Source of the DNA: Nageia nagi
Lineage: Eukaryota; Plantae; Pinophyta
Length of the DNA: 64,000 bases
Reading direction: 5' to 3'
Assembly (NCBI GenBank): GCA_050084985.1
Contig: JBITNC010000001.1
Span: forward strand, 158,410,001-158,474,000
Shown here in pieces: positions 1 through 12,239 of this stretch. Within the stretch, counting starts at the first letter, position 1; each line of letters begins with the position of its first letter. Position numbers and translations under genes: made by a program. The notes under the pieces are model-generated. The model had not been told where the DNA came from and searched no databases. It saw nothing but the letters and a program-made list of their open reading frames with translations.

Positions 1-1478
1 ATTGAAAGAAAAGCTAAAACCAATTTAAAATGATCTCAATGTAATCACATTTTTGCAAAGAATTTTTGTAACATTACTGAAAATTATATTTTTCTCCTTT
101 TACTTGACATTAAAATAAAAAAAAATTGCTCTCTTTTAGGAGTGACACAGTACTATGTTTTGAGTTGTATTTTTAAAGAATTATTTACATGCTTTGACTA
201 GGATTCTCTCTGTGAGGAATTTGTTGCAAAATCCTGATGGATTGCATCAACCATGTGGCAACATAGCATGTTTCAATTTTATGAATTGATCCTTTGGAAT
301 CATTTAGTTGAATGACCAATTCTACGTAGAACAAACTCAATAGTAATGTAACAACTGTATCATGTGCAAGTGCTGATTCTTGCTCTATAGACATGGTTTA
401 AGTTTCATTCTTTGAGCTCTGAGTTGATTATAGGTTCATATTATACTTATCAGTACAAGTTGTCTGTTTTGCACAATTCTACATAAAATGTTAGTGACTT
501 AGTATGATTATGAAGAATAATTTGAGACTGATACTTGCAAAGGTTTTCAGATTGGATTTCAAGAAACGGGTCTGAACCTGCTTGTTGTTTCTACTCCTTT
601 TTACTTTCAGATAAAAACTATAAAGGAGTTCAAATTACAAGAGAGAGAAACATTTTGAGTTAGCCTAGTTCTTCAACAACTGCAAGTAGGTACTGTTTGA
701 AGTCTTGTTAGATGAAAACTCAGATGAAAGGCATAAGATCTGGGGTTTAATTCTTTTGTACAATGAGAACAACTTAGTGTAGCTTTTTCGTTGATACTTT
801 TCCAAATGAGCCCCACTTCATGTTCTTATCTCCTCTTCATGGAACTACAAGCAGTTAAATCTTGCTATACTTTAGTTATATACTTATTGCAAATGATATG
901 CCAGATATGCCATCCTTTTCAACATGCAATTAACTCCTTGAATATCCAATCACTGGCTAGAATTGGAGTATCACAGTGCCTATTTTATCAACTAATGTCA
1001 AAGGTGAAACTACATCTCCATCCCTTCCTGAAGAGCCGATCGTTTCCATTATCTGACACTAAACATGAGGTTGTGGAATTCAGGTTGAGTTAGGAGCATT
1101 CTGGCATGATTAATAAAATGTTCTTTAATTCATACATTTCTGATAATAGATGTAAGATATTAAAGGTATAAAGAATTATTCTCTAGTCATAATTGGTCTT
1201 ATGAATTTGTCGATAAATATAGTCCGATATAAGCCTTCACCTTTACCTTTAACAAGCCAGATATCCTACAAATGCTATTTTATCACCGATATCTTTGTTT
1301 GTAGCCACTTATTAGCATTGTGTTACTCAAATGTCATATGAGAGTATTCCTCTGCGCAAATATAGATTGAATTTAGCTTTGTTTTTGGCGATTCTGCTTT
1401 CTATTGGCTATAGAGATGTACTTAGGGGTAAAATAATTATGTAGAATTTCTGTCTTGTTTGTGATTTTCAAAGATTCA

Positions 1479-1859
1479 CTTGACTTCTGACTTCAGCCTG
1501 CAAAAGCAATACCCTTTAAGCAGAATGTCTTTCGTAGAGCCTACCTGTTGTACCTATCAGATAACACTGTTGATATTATACATATACTGAATGAACCTAC
1601 AAATGGGGTGCAAGCTTCACATCTGAAGAAGGTTGGACCAAAGTTTGATACAAATCTCATGGAAGGTGTGCCACCTGTTGACATTCTCCATAAGTATGAA
1701 ATTTTAGAGCCCCTTTCAGAAGAAGCCAGATTGGACTATGAATGGTTGTTGGCTAAAACTGAGAAGGTAGAAGGTTGGCCAAGTTCATTTTGGTAGTTCT
1801 TGAAAGGGATACGAGAAACTCTTAAACTTGCCCCTTTACGAGGGGTTAGAGGAGAATAA
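1479..1859 (+). pseudogene. Decayed C-terminal fragment of a plastid PotD/PotF-like polyamine-binding protein gene (ENF2-like)
   Basis: Frame reads LDF*LQPAKAIPFKQNV...GPKFDTNLMEGVPPVDILHKYEILEPLSEEARLDYEWLL. This matches my recollection of the plant ENF2 family C-terminus (W-x-[DE]-FCLQPARALPF...KLDTNL..GVPP.EIL.KCEFLEPL). TGA at 1488-1490 replaces the conserved Cys. TAG at 1794-1796 is followed by 20 more sense codons to TAA 1857-1859. No upstream homology is visible. Confidence 0.7.
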
Positions 1860-2537
1860 AAGTGTAGAACAATGTTGAGTATCATTACTATTTTGTATCT
1901 ACTTAAAAGAGTATGCCAATCAGTCTTTCAATGAGAAACCCCATTCAGCATTTGCATTTGTCATGTTATTCAGCTATATTTTGAATTTGCAGGATCTGTT
2001 CTGAGTTTGTAAAGGCTGTCATCTGTCTAAGCTTTTGAAAAGGTACTTTTTTTTCATGGAACTAAAATTAGTCAGATTGTTTTGCCTTTCCGTTCAGGAT
2101 TTAGACTATTTGGCTGCCTTTGGTGCCAATTTTCAAGGAGCCACTCAATCTGGAACCACCATAGATGATTGTGTTTTCCAATACAACAACTAGTTTGAAA
2201 TGCTTGAAATAAGTAAATCTGAGTGAATGATAAAATATTCACATTCTATGTTTTTATGCAAGTCTGCAAAATTGTTACGGATTTATAGGAGTATCAGATT
2301 CTTACCTGGTCGGCAGTGCTTGCACTTCTTTATTACTTGGACCTATGTTAATTATTTTGATCATAAATAAAGGGTGCTTTTGGAACACAATTTTGAGGAT
2401 ATTAGAATATACTAATATACTTCTTTCACCATTATTTATAGAGATATTAGCTGGTTAACAGATTAGGAGAAGCTACTATACTCATCTTTAGAGAGGCATT
2501 GGCTGGTTAACATATCTTGACGAATCCATCTGTAGAT

Positions 2538-3743
2538 TGTAACGATCCAAACAGATCTCAAGCAAATATCAGTGAAATTAATTTCAAATTATCAAATTAG
2601 GGCATCCACAATATGCATTACAAACCCTAGTATGCCAACGTTGGGCTTTCACAAGCATTAATGCGCCATACAATGCCAACGATGGGCCAAATACATCAAT
2701 ACACAACTATTACAAGCTAATAAATCCAACGTTGGACACACACATGCACAATGAGGCCAAACGATGCCAAAATATGAACAAGTACAATGCAATAGCTGAG
2801 ATCCAAATTGCCCATGGCTTAGATTATGATCAACAATGATATACAATACAAAGCCAAGCCCAAAGGGCTAACATCAGCCTCCTGGGAGCTGAACTGGGCC
2901 GGACGAACCCTCCTTGTGTTGCTGGACGATGGGACAACAACGTCTCCTCACAATCTGACTTCTCCCCACCGAAGGGGCCCTCCTCAAATCTGGATAACCA
3001 TGCGAGTGGTAGAGACTCCACCTCGGAATACCACCGGATGGGAAAAGGTGCTCCACCAATGCCGTAGATTGCCAAGATCCCTCAGCCTGACAACCCTCTT
3101 AGGTGCTCTGCCTAAGGAATACACTTAGCGCTGTGCTAAGGTCTTGTCCACCGGACAAAGTAGAAGTGTAAATGTAATAATGATCAAGTTTGTCCAGCAA
3201 ATGAGACTCCAAGTCTCTTTATACTCCTTGCCTGGTCCTGGATCTCACCTTAGAATCACCACCAAGCTCTTAGGCCCCAATGTTAGCCTCCAGAGGGCTC
3301 GGGATGCCCAATGTGGCTGCCTAGGAATCAAACATGCCAACGTGGGAGTCCTGGGTGCCATAAATGCCAACACAGGGTCAAGGGGTGCCACGCATGCCCA
3401 CATGGGTCTAGGTGCCATGTGTGGGAGTCCAGGTGTCTGTGATGGGCCAACATGGGGTCTAAGGGACTCCCAAGATTGGCGCAAGCATACAACCTCCTAT
3501 CTAGACCATTTAAGTGTAACAAGATCTTGGGATTCACATAATCAAGTTTGGTATCCCCAAGTACACTTAATCTAACCTATTCTATACTTGGGAGAGAGAC
3601 GTCCCACTAGGGTTTCACGATGGGGTCCATGACCCATTAAACTCCTATCCTAAGTTACACATAACACACTACTAATAAAATATTTTTAAGATAGACCTTT
3701 TGGCCATTACAAATATTTTATATGTTACAAAAGGGACATCACA
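2538..3743 (-). repeat. 3' LTR (1206 bp) of the TR-GAG-like element
   Basis: TGTAACGATCC...CATCACA; aligns to 6679-7722; carries 162 bp (2916-3077) absent from the other LTR. Confidence 0.93.
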
Positions 3744-4110
3744 AAGCCTCCCTCCTAAGATTGCTTGCCCTTAAGCAATGGTGGAAGACTATAAAACATC
3801 ATCTTCCAAGAATCCTTTGGTGTTGATGTTCCAAGCTGAGACTCTTCACCAATGGGCCGAGGAATGTTGTATTCAGAATGGGGTTCCTGCAAACAAGAAA
3901 ACAAGAGTGAGTGTAAATAGGTGGAGCTCAGGCTCCTTGTGACCATCCAATCTCCCATCCTCCTTCACGTGGGGTCCCCAACTCCTCGGGCTGAAATCAC
4001 TGTGCATGAATCCTTCCTACTTCCCAATGTGAGACACCAAACTGCTCCTTGGGTCATCGCCATCCAACATCTTCCTCCCAGATGCAAAATGAAGTGGTAG
4101 AGCTTTTCCA

Positions 4111-4580
4111 AGCTCCAATTGTCATGCCAAACTTCACCCAAGCTCAACGTGGGGGACATAAGCCCTCCAATGCGCCACATGAGCTGCTTCATCATCCCAA
4201 GGCCAAATGTGGGATGTCTAAACCTTCCAATGCTCCATGTGAAGTGCTCCAACTCCTCCAGTTCCAACATGTGGCACACAACAACATCTAGGCTCAACGT
4301 GGGTGGCTCCAACTCCTTCAACTCCAACGTGGGATATACAACATCCCCATAGCTCAATGTAGGCTGCTCCAACTCCTCTATGCCCAACATGGGGTGGCAA
4401 ACCCCTTCCTCATCCAACGTGGGGGTCCTAAGCTTCCCCATACCTAACGTAGGCCATGATGGCCTCTTAAGTTGTAATTGGGGCCAATAAGCTCCTCCAA
4501 TCTTGACGTCGTCATCCTCAACCTCTTTGAGTGCATCGTGGGATGCCAGGTCTCCTTCATGTCCAATGTGGGTCCTCCTT
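4111..4580. repeat. Degenerate 30-bp tandem array (core CCAACGTGGG), about 15 units
   Basis: Successive 30-nt blocks from 4111 align on (C/T)CAA(C/T)GTGGG. The minus-strand ORF 3965..4441 shows 10-aa periodicity (PTLxLxE/G). Confidence 0.8.
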
Positions 4581-4599
4581 CAGCTTCCTCTTTCCTGGC

Positions 4600-6644
4600 A
4601 CCATTCAATCAACTAGCCTTTTGTTATCCACTTGGGGAAAATCGTCCCTGATTTCTTGTTGCGTGTGAGTTTTCCCATCAATCTCAAATCTCATGGTGAT
4701 CTTTTGATATTTCGTGTGAATGTCCCCAAAGATCAAACAACCATTGCACTCCCAATATGATATGATGATGACTCTTGAGAGGGTAAAGGTAGAAATTCTC
4801 CCTAATGGTGCAACTCTGCAATCGAACCCCAAATCTCTTCACAATATGATCCATAAGGGTGAGTTTCCCGTTGGCGTTGGAAACTCGGAATCCTTTGAAC
4901 CCCTTTGTTTTCAGATTCTTCTCCACAAATCATGCATCAATGAAATTGTGAGAAGCACTCGGATCAATCAAGACCATGATGTCTTGGCCTCTTGCCTGTA
5001 CCATGACCTTCAAGGTCAAATACTTCTTCACCCTGTGCAATGAAGCAATCATGCTAACCAAGGTCCCCTCCACCCTAGGTGACCCTTGTTCCAACGTATC
5101 CACCCAAATCATCTAACCCCTCTTATGAAAACACTTAGATATAATGCACTTGTCCTTTCCCCAAGCAACGGTGCCCTGGCGCCCAATGCTTCTTACAGTA
5201 GAAGCATTTCCCCTCATCTCTTAGCTTCCTCCTTGCGGCAGCGTCCAACTAGTTTGTTTGTGGTGGGAGAGATGGCTTGGCCTTGCTAGACCCCTCCTTG
5301 TCCACAAACGGCTTCTTTGCATAACCCCCTCTTTGTGTTGGACCTCCTTTAGGAGATTTCATGGTCGGCTCAAGATCATAGGCCGAATGGATTGCATCAT
5401 CAAGGCTTCTTGGAGAGGATACCTTGACTATGCCTTAGAGTGGCTCCATCATCCCTCCATGAATAGGAATGTCAACCTCTACTTTGAAAGATGATGAATC
5501 ATGACAACAATCTTTTGGAACTCTGTCACATACTCATCCACCGTGTCCTGCTGCCTCAATGGTGTTAGATCTTGAAAGTAGTCGTTTTCCCTTTTCCTGT
5601 CAAATCTCTTCACAAGCTTCTTGGCAAACTCATCAAATGAAGAGATGTTCGTATACCCTTGGATGATCACCCCATGTTGCCACTATTCTAGTTCGTCCCC
5701 TTCAAAATTCAATGTGGCGAAGTGGATGGCTTCTTCCTCCTCCATGTTCGGGTTCAAAGTAAAATAAGTTTGCAATTGACGCAAGCAAGCCCTAGCAATC
5801 ATCTTCTTGCCGTTGTACATCGACACATGCAACTTGCTAATCTTGTGCTCCCTCTTGTTCAAATGTGCATTACTAGGGGTACGAGGAGTGTGAGTGTGTC
5901 CTCCTCTCAAGCCTAATAATTCTAGGTAGCCGTTGAAATCCACATCCCTTCTCAACCTTGGATCCAACGATGTGTACTCCCTGAAGATCTGGTTCAATTC
6001 TATGGGTCTAGGAACTCTGTTCTTCGGCTCCTCAGATTTCTTGGTGAACATGGGCTTGGACGGCTGCAGAATGATGGGTTGCTTTCCAACCCTGCCAACA
6101 TCCTCCTTTAGGTACCTCTCTAGGAGAGGGTTAGTACCTTGCTGTGCTCGATATGACTAGGATCTCATGAATGCATCCTTTGGCCAAATTGGGGATCCAT
6201 GGTGTGTGGACTTCCGATCCCACAAACTTCGAGATCTCCTCGTGCTCGGCTCCCTATCTTCCTTGCTTGGCTCCCATTTGTCTTCCTGAGTGTGACATGG
6301 GTGCTCATTCTCCTTTTTGCCTCCACATGAACTCCCAAATGTCGGTTCAACTACTGTTGCATGGATGTGATGGCTCTTGTCATGTTGGTAATGGCAGAAA
6401 TCAACTTGTTGAATTTTCGTTTGGGTGTTGAAGCCTCGGACTGGTGTAGGGCTCCTCCTCCTTGTGAACCCAGATCTGTCACCCCGCACACTTTCTTCCT
6501 TTATGATCTCTTCCTTGCGTAGTGGCTCATTCATCCAATGCCTAGGTTCTTCCTCCTAGGTATCTACCTTCCACCTTTCTTTGTGGATGCCATGCCTCTC
6601 CGGATGCTGTACTTGGTGTAGTAGCGGTGGATCTTGGGTTTCAT
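4600..6644 (-). pseudogene. Disrupted gag (Retrotrans_gag) and aspartic protease of the TR-GAG-like element
   Basis: ORF fragments KISKLHVSMYNG...QLQTYF...AIHFATLNFEG, LVKRFD...LRQQDTVDEYVTEFQ and protease MVLIDPSASHNFID...IILGVQWL, broken by stops and frameshifts. Confidence 0.85.
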
Positions 6645-6678
6645 ACACAGTCTGGACGGATCCACGCTCTGATACCAC

Positions 6679-7722
6679 TGTAACAATCCAAACAGATCTC
6701 AAGCAAATATCAGTGAATTTAATTTCAAATTATCAAATTAGGGCATCCACAATATGCATTACAAACCCTAATATGCCAACGTTGGGCTTGTCACAAGCAC
6801 TAATGCGCCACACAATGCCAACGATGGGCCAAATACATCAATACACAACTATTACAAGCTAATAATGCCAACGTTGGACACACACATGCACAATGAGGCC
6901 AAATGATGCCAAAATATGAACAAGTACAATGCAATCGCTGAGATCCAAATTGCCCATGGCTTAGATTATGATGAACAATGATATACAATACAAAGCCAAG
7001 CCCAAAGGGCTGACGTCAGCCTCCTTGGAGCTGAACTGGGCCAGACGAACCCTCCTTTCCCTCAGCCTGACAACCCTCTTGGGTGCTCCACCTAAGGAAT
7101 ACACTTAGTGTTGTGCTAAGGTCTTGTCCATCGGACAAAGTAGAAGTGTAAATGTAATAATGATCAAGTTTGTTTAGCAAATGAGACTCCAAGTCTCTTT
7201 ATACTCCTTGCTTGGTCCTGGATCTCACCTCAGAATCACCACCAATCTCTTAGGTCCCAACGTTAGCCTCCAAAGGGCCTGGGATGCCCAACGTGGGTGC
7301 CTAGGAATCAAGCATGCCTACGTGGAAGTCCTGGGTGCCATAAATGCCAACGCAGGGTCAAGGGGTGCCACGCATGCCCACGCGGGTCTAGGTGCCATGC
7401 GTGGGAGCCTAGGTGTCTGTGATGGGCCAATGTGGGGTCTAGGGGACTCCCCAAGGCTGGCGCAAGCATAAAACCTCCTATCTAGACCATTTAAGTGTAA
7501 CAAGATCTTGGGATTACCACAATCAAGTTCGGGATCTCCAAATACACGTAATCTAACCTATTCTATACTTGGGAGGGAGACGTCCCACTAGGGGCTCACA
7601 GTGGGGTCCATGACCCATTAAACTCCTATCCCAAGTTACACAACACACTACTAATAAAATATTATTAAGATAGACCTTTTGACCATTACAAATATTTTAT
7701 ATGTTACAAAAGGGCCGTCACA
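6679..7722 (-). repeat. 5' LTR (1044 bp) of the TR-GAG-like element
   Basis: TGTAACAATCC...CGTCACA; adjacent to the iMet PBS; 162-bp deletion relative to the 3' LTR. Confidence 0.93.
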
Positions 7723-8400
7723 TAGATTTTGATGGTCAATAATAGAACCTAGTTGAGTTTATCCAACTCATTAAACACATACTAATGCCTTATACCCCAT
7801 GAAAAATCTCTCTTTCAAGGCATATAAGGTAGGGGTATGTGAGAAAGATGTTACAACGCATGTGTTGAATAATACATGAAACATAAGTTAGTATGGGTTA
7901 TCTGAGGTTGATAGCTTGTATGTTATATTCATGTTCCATCTAGTCCCTTGGGCCTTAAGGATCAAATTACACCAAGAAACAAAATTGAACTGAAATCAAT
8001 AATCCAAATTTAAATGATAGAAATGCTCCTTCTATTCATCTGACCAAAGGTTATCTTGAAATTATGAAGCGGCTATTCCAATTCATTAAAGTAGGTTATA
8101 TTAAAGGAGTCTAAAATGTACATCGTACAATAAGATGAAAAAGAACATCATGGACAATATGGAATGTAATAATGACATCTGAAAAGCTTTTGTTTTAATA
8201 CATGATCTAATATGCAATCTTCGAAATTTGTGCTCAATTCATCAAATAAATGTGATTGTACTTTTAATGAGTATTAGATACGACATTTTTGTATTTTTAG
8301 ATTTTTCACGATGCTCTTCTATGCACTTCTAGTAAATCATTCATTAATATAGATGTTAGATGAGCGTACAATGTACATCATACATCTAGAAGATAGTATA

Positions 8401-11400
8401 TGTTGTGTCCACACAACACACCCCAAAATACAAAATTTTGGGGACCCTATTTTTGCAAATCTAGAGATCTACTTTCTAAGCAAGACAGTGAAGGGAGTTG
8501 ATCGGGATGATAGGGGATTGATCATGAGTGTTCTGAAGCAGCTAATACTACTAAAGATGGTGCACAAAGGTTATTCACAAGACGTTGTGAGATAGGTCAT
8601 TGTGCCAGACTATCAATTTTGGAGCTTTCAAGACTCCTAACTCCAAGGGATGGTGTTCCTAAGCAGTTGGCATAGTTTCTAAAGATTGGCCAAGTGCAAA
8701 ATGGGAAATTTAGTACCTTTGCTCTTGGAAATGGCTTAGAGTTGATTCAAATGATTTTAAAGATGAGCCAAGTGCAAAATGGGAAATTAAGTACCTTTGC
8801 CCTTGGAGCTGATGATGGATCAAGTCATTAAGATGATACCCCCAGTGGTGAATGCAAACTGCAAAATCATGGTAATTGATAAGTTTGATGACACAGGGTT
8901 ATGGAAAATCCAGTTTGAGGCACATTTGGACTTGGAACTTTTCAGTTCCGATCAAAGATGCTCCCTAGAGGACGAAAAGAAGAGTTAGAGGTCTATGCTT
9001 CCAAGGAGTGTGGAGTTGAGCCTACATGGAAAAATGAGTTTTTTCCACACAAATTGGAATGGAAATGTGAGCATACCCTTTTGAAGACCTTGCAAAATGA
9101 CTAAGGTTTGCTCTTGGAAAATTTGAAAAATGGACAAAATTATTGAGCTAAAAGGTAGGCGCATGTTTTCCAACTTTTCCAAACCTTGTTGAGCATGTCA
9201 AGACATGGTAAATTAGTGCCTAGGACTTGGAGCCCCCAAATTGAGTCAAATTTGCAATTCTTGAGCATGAGGAGATAGGTTGTGCAATTCTACACAAATT
9301 TTAGAAATCAATTTTGATAATTGGTTTAAGTACCTATTTCCATTGTGAACAATTTGGCTTTTGAAAAAAGAGCAAAATTATGCCCATAATGCCTAGGTGC
9401 TCATTTTCCAAGTCTTGAGACTCTTGAAAATTTGCCAAGTTTGTCCAAAACACCTTATGAAGCCTCCAAAATGCCCCCTCAAGAGAAAAACCTCAAATTC
9501 AACGCCTAAAAGCTCCAAACCCTCACAAAACTTGCCAAATACCTTATAATTCCATTCTTCACCCATTCATGAGGTCAAATCCACATTTTAAAATTTTTCC
9601 AAAAGCGACCCCCCCATCTTTTCCGAAAAATATAGACAAAAAAATCCACTTTTTTTTTGGAAAATCTTCACAAAATTCCTGGAAAATTTTCTAGAATGAT
9701 CACATCAAGAGCTGCTGAGCTCAAGCTAGGAGACGTCTCCGTAGGAGGGGGGCCTCTTGGAGGTAAAGGGCTAAGCATCGCTGATCTGGGTACCTGATGA
9801 AGGAAGCAAGTGAACCATGTGAATCACGGAAGAGACAATGTTATTGGCCCCTGATCTCATCATAGATAAAGCATCGAAAGATGAAGTGATCCTCAGATTT
9901 GGTCTCCAGAGAGTAGAGGCGGCAGACTCATAACTCTTTGGCTAAGTGGTGGTCTGTCTCCACGCGTAGCTAGTGTGAGCATACCCTAAACTATCCGAGC
10001 GATGTCCTCAACCCGGGGGGAGGTGTAAGTTGATGTATCTTGGAGGGGAAATCCTACCATCCTCGTCCTGAGGGTAGTGTTGGGCATAGTGGTCCAACTT
10101 GGGTGTTGTGACAGGGGGGACACCCAAGTAGCCTAAATGAAGGCTCTATAGATCACATCTCGGATCGCTATCAAAGAGTCCTTAGGGTCTGGGATAAGTC
10201 CGTCGGTGGGGAAGGTAGTCTATCAAGAGAGAACCCAAATCTCGCAAGCATCGTAGATACATTAGCATACCAGCATCGACGACAGCCTTTAGTTGCCAAC
10301 TCCATCGAGGAGGCTTAAGCTCTCATCGAAAGTCTAACAGAATCTGTAACTTTTCCATGGTTAGATAGAAGTTGAAGGCGACGTAGGTAGTTGATGGTGG
10401 AAGGGCCCATATTAGGAGGGGCTGGCAACCGAACTCCGTGAGCATGATAGGGTGAGGGATTGTCCTCTTGCTCCGAATGAAGTGGGAGAGGAAGGAGATC
10501 AATATCCTCTCGACTGGGATCCAATCTGCTAAACTAGGACCCCAAATCTCGACCCCATATGGGGCTGCAAGAATGAACAGGGTCTGGAAAGTTTCAACTT
10601 GGATAGGACATCTTGAAAATGTAACTGTATACATTGCCTCTCTAGGGTGGAGATTGCTGCATAATCCCGTCGGATCCTAGGCGGAGCTGCCATCTGCATA
10701 GAGAACCTGGGTCTTGAGAAGAGCACTCCCAAGTAGATGTATGAGGGAGTGATCTCAATAGTGTTGTTGCGAAAGGTGAACTAGGTTCGATCCAAGGTGG
10801 CTTTGGAGAATTGAAAGCCACAACTTTAGTTTTGCTAAGGTTCACTGATAACTCCTAACTATCGTTGAAAGTGGCCAGGGCATCAATCAATCGTTGGAGT
10901 CCCTCAATTGAGTGGAAAAGCAACGGAATGTCATCCACAAAAAGTAGAATGGGAACTCGACTTTGGTGGAGAAGGCAACTGGAATCAGGACCCATGGTGT
11001 CAAGGATGAAGGACTCCAACTCATCAATGTAGAGGCCAAATAAGGTGGGGGAGAGAGGACAACCTTGCTTCACCCCAATTGTGTTGAGTATGCTGTTCGA
11101 GAATCCATCGGGAGTGCGGACTTGCCCTGAAAGAGTCTCGTAGAGAGTCAAAATAGCCGCTAAGGCAATCTCTGGGATGCCCAAACGCCGCAATATGTCC
11201 TAGAGTCTGTGTCTAGGCACCATGTCGAAAGCTTTCCTAAAGTCCACAAAGCAGCAATACACTAGGGACTTGTGGAATCTAGCCTCCTCAATAGTGGCCC
11301 AAAGAGTGAGGATGTGGTCGGTGGTGCGGTGGTCCTTATAGAACCCTGCCTGGCTTGCAGCTCAGAACCCTCTTGTGTTTGCCATCTGTGAGATGTACCC

Positions 11401-12095
11401 CTCAAGAACCGTGGCATAGAGCTTGGCCAAGGTGTGACCAGTCATGATCGTGAGGTAATTGCTTGGTTTGATGAGATATTCTAAATTTGTTTCTTGTTTC
11501 ATGATATCAAATTAGGAATTTCATCCAAACTCTAGTTTTTCCCACATTCTTCCACCATGTCCATTTGATTGTTCACAATTAGTCGCACTTCTTGCTCCTC
11601 TTTGTAACAATTCGAACAATAGTTGTTTGTTTGCAAAGTTGGATGAATTGGATGAAATCCCTAATTGATTCAAAAAGGATAAACTCTTTAGACAATGCTT
11701 TGTCGTGGTAATCAGTTTGGTATCTGACCAAGTATTCGTTTCCATTTCACAAGTGTAGTATCTCATTTTACAGTATTACCTTCTCTTTTCTTTACTCTTT
11801 CATTTTCTTTAAAACTCATAGCAACCTTCGAACTATTGCACAATAAACACCTCGATCTCTATAAAAATGTGTGTTAACAGTTACTACCTCTAGTACACCA
11901 CTTAGCTGATTCCCAAACAAAATCTACACAATTTAAGCTTGTATTAACAACACGAGTTGCCTATAAAAACCTTGGGGTATCAATCCTTACAAGAGGAGTT
12001 TAGTAACGCGTTCTCGCATAAATGCTGGGTTGCTTTCCCATCTTGATCATTGTCAAGGTGATCACCGAGTAAGAGGAAAGATTCCCTTCCCAACA
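8401..12095 (+). repeat. 5' LTR, rearranged (about 845-bp deletion plus LINE replacement)
   Basis: Aligns to 15744-19087 except that the equivalent of about 16644-17488 is missing (join at CAAATT microhomology near 9300) and about 17889-18468 is replaced by the LINE fragment 9709-11468. Confidence 0.88.
9709..11468 (-). mobile_element. RTE-X-like non-LTR retrotransposon fragment (RT through C-terminal CCHC), truncated at both ends
   Basis: PSNYLTIM...QAGF...HRTTDH...CCFVDFRKAFD...GVKQGCPLSPTLFGLYID...LLFVDD...NLSKTK...YGVEIWG...ICRL...EDHFIFRC; GC-richer than its surroundings; no tail or TSD. Clade assignment is from motif style only. Confidence 0.85.
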
Positions 12096-12100
12096 TAGAT

Positions 12101-12117
12101 TGGCGCTAGAAGGAGGG
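12101..12117 (+). promoter_or_regulatory. Primer-binding site, tRNA-Asn
   Basis: TGGCGCTAGAAGGAGGG, 5 nt downstream of the LTR end, is the reverse complement of the plant tRNA-Asn 3' end (CCCTCCTTCTAGCG-CCA). Confidence 0.85.
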
Positions 12118-12239
12118 CCTTGACTTGTTTTTTGTGTTCTAATTTATTGTTGTCTCTTGAATTTTCTTTTCTTTTTCTTTTTGTTTTTATTTTGCTACTT
12201 TAACACTTCAAGCTGGGACCTAGAAAAGAGAACAAATTT

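Larger units (their letters stand above)
2538..7722 (-). mobile_element. Non-autonomous Ty3/gypsy (chromovirus-type) LTR retrotransposon with gag + protease only (TR-GAG-like)
   Basis: Direct repeats at 2538-3743 and 6679-7722 with TG...CA ends; perfect TSD TAGAT (2533-2537 / 7723-7727); PBS TGGTATCAGAGC (tRNA-iMet) on minus at 6666-6677; PPT on minus next to 3744; no RT, RNase H or integrase motifs in the 2.9-kb interior. Confidence 0.93.

Noticed and set aside
1548-1796. Functional terminal exon of an intact ENF2 gene
   Set aside because: Homology continues upstream through an in-frame TGA and conserved residues are mutated; treated as a pseudogene fragment.
2658-3575. Several 60-143 aa ORFs inside the TR-GAG LTR
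   Set aside because: Not preserved between the two LTRs (deletion, different stops) and no recognisable domain.
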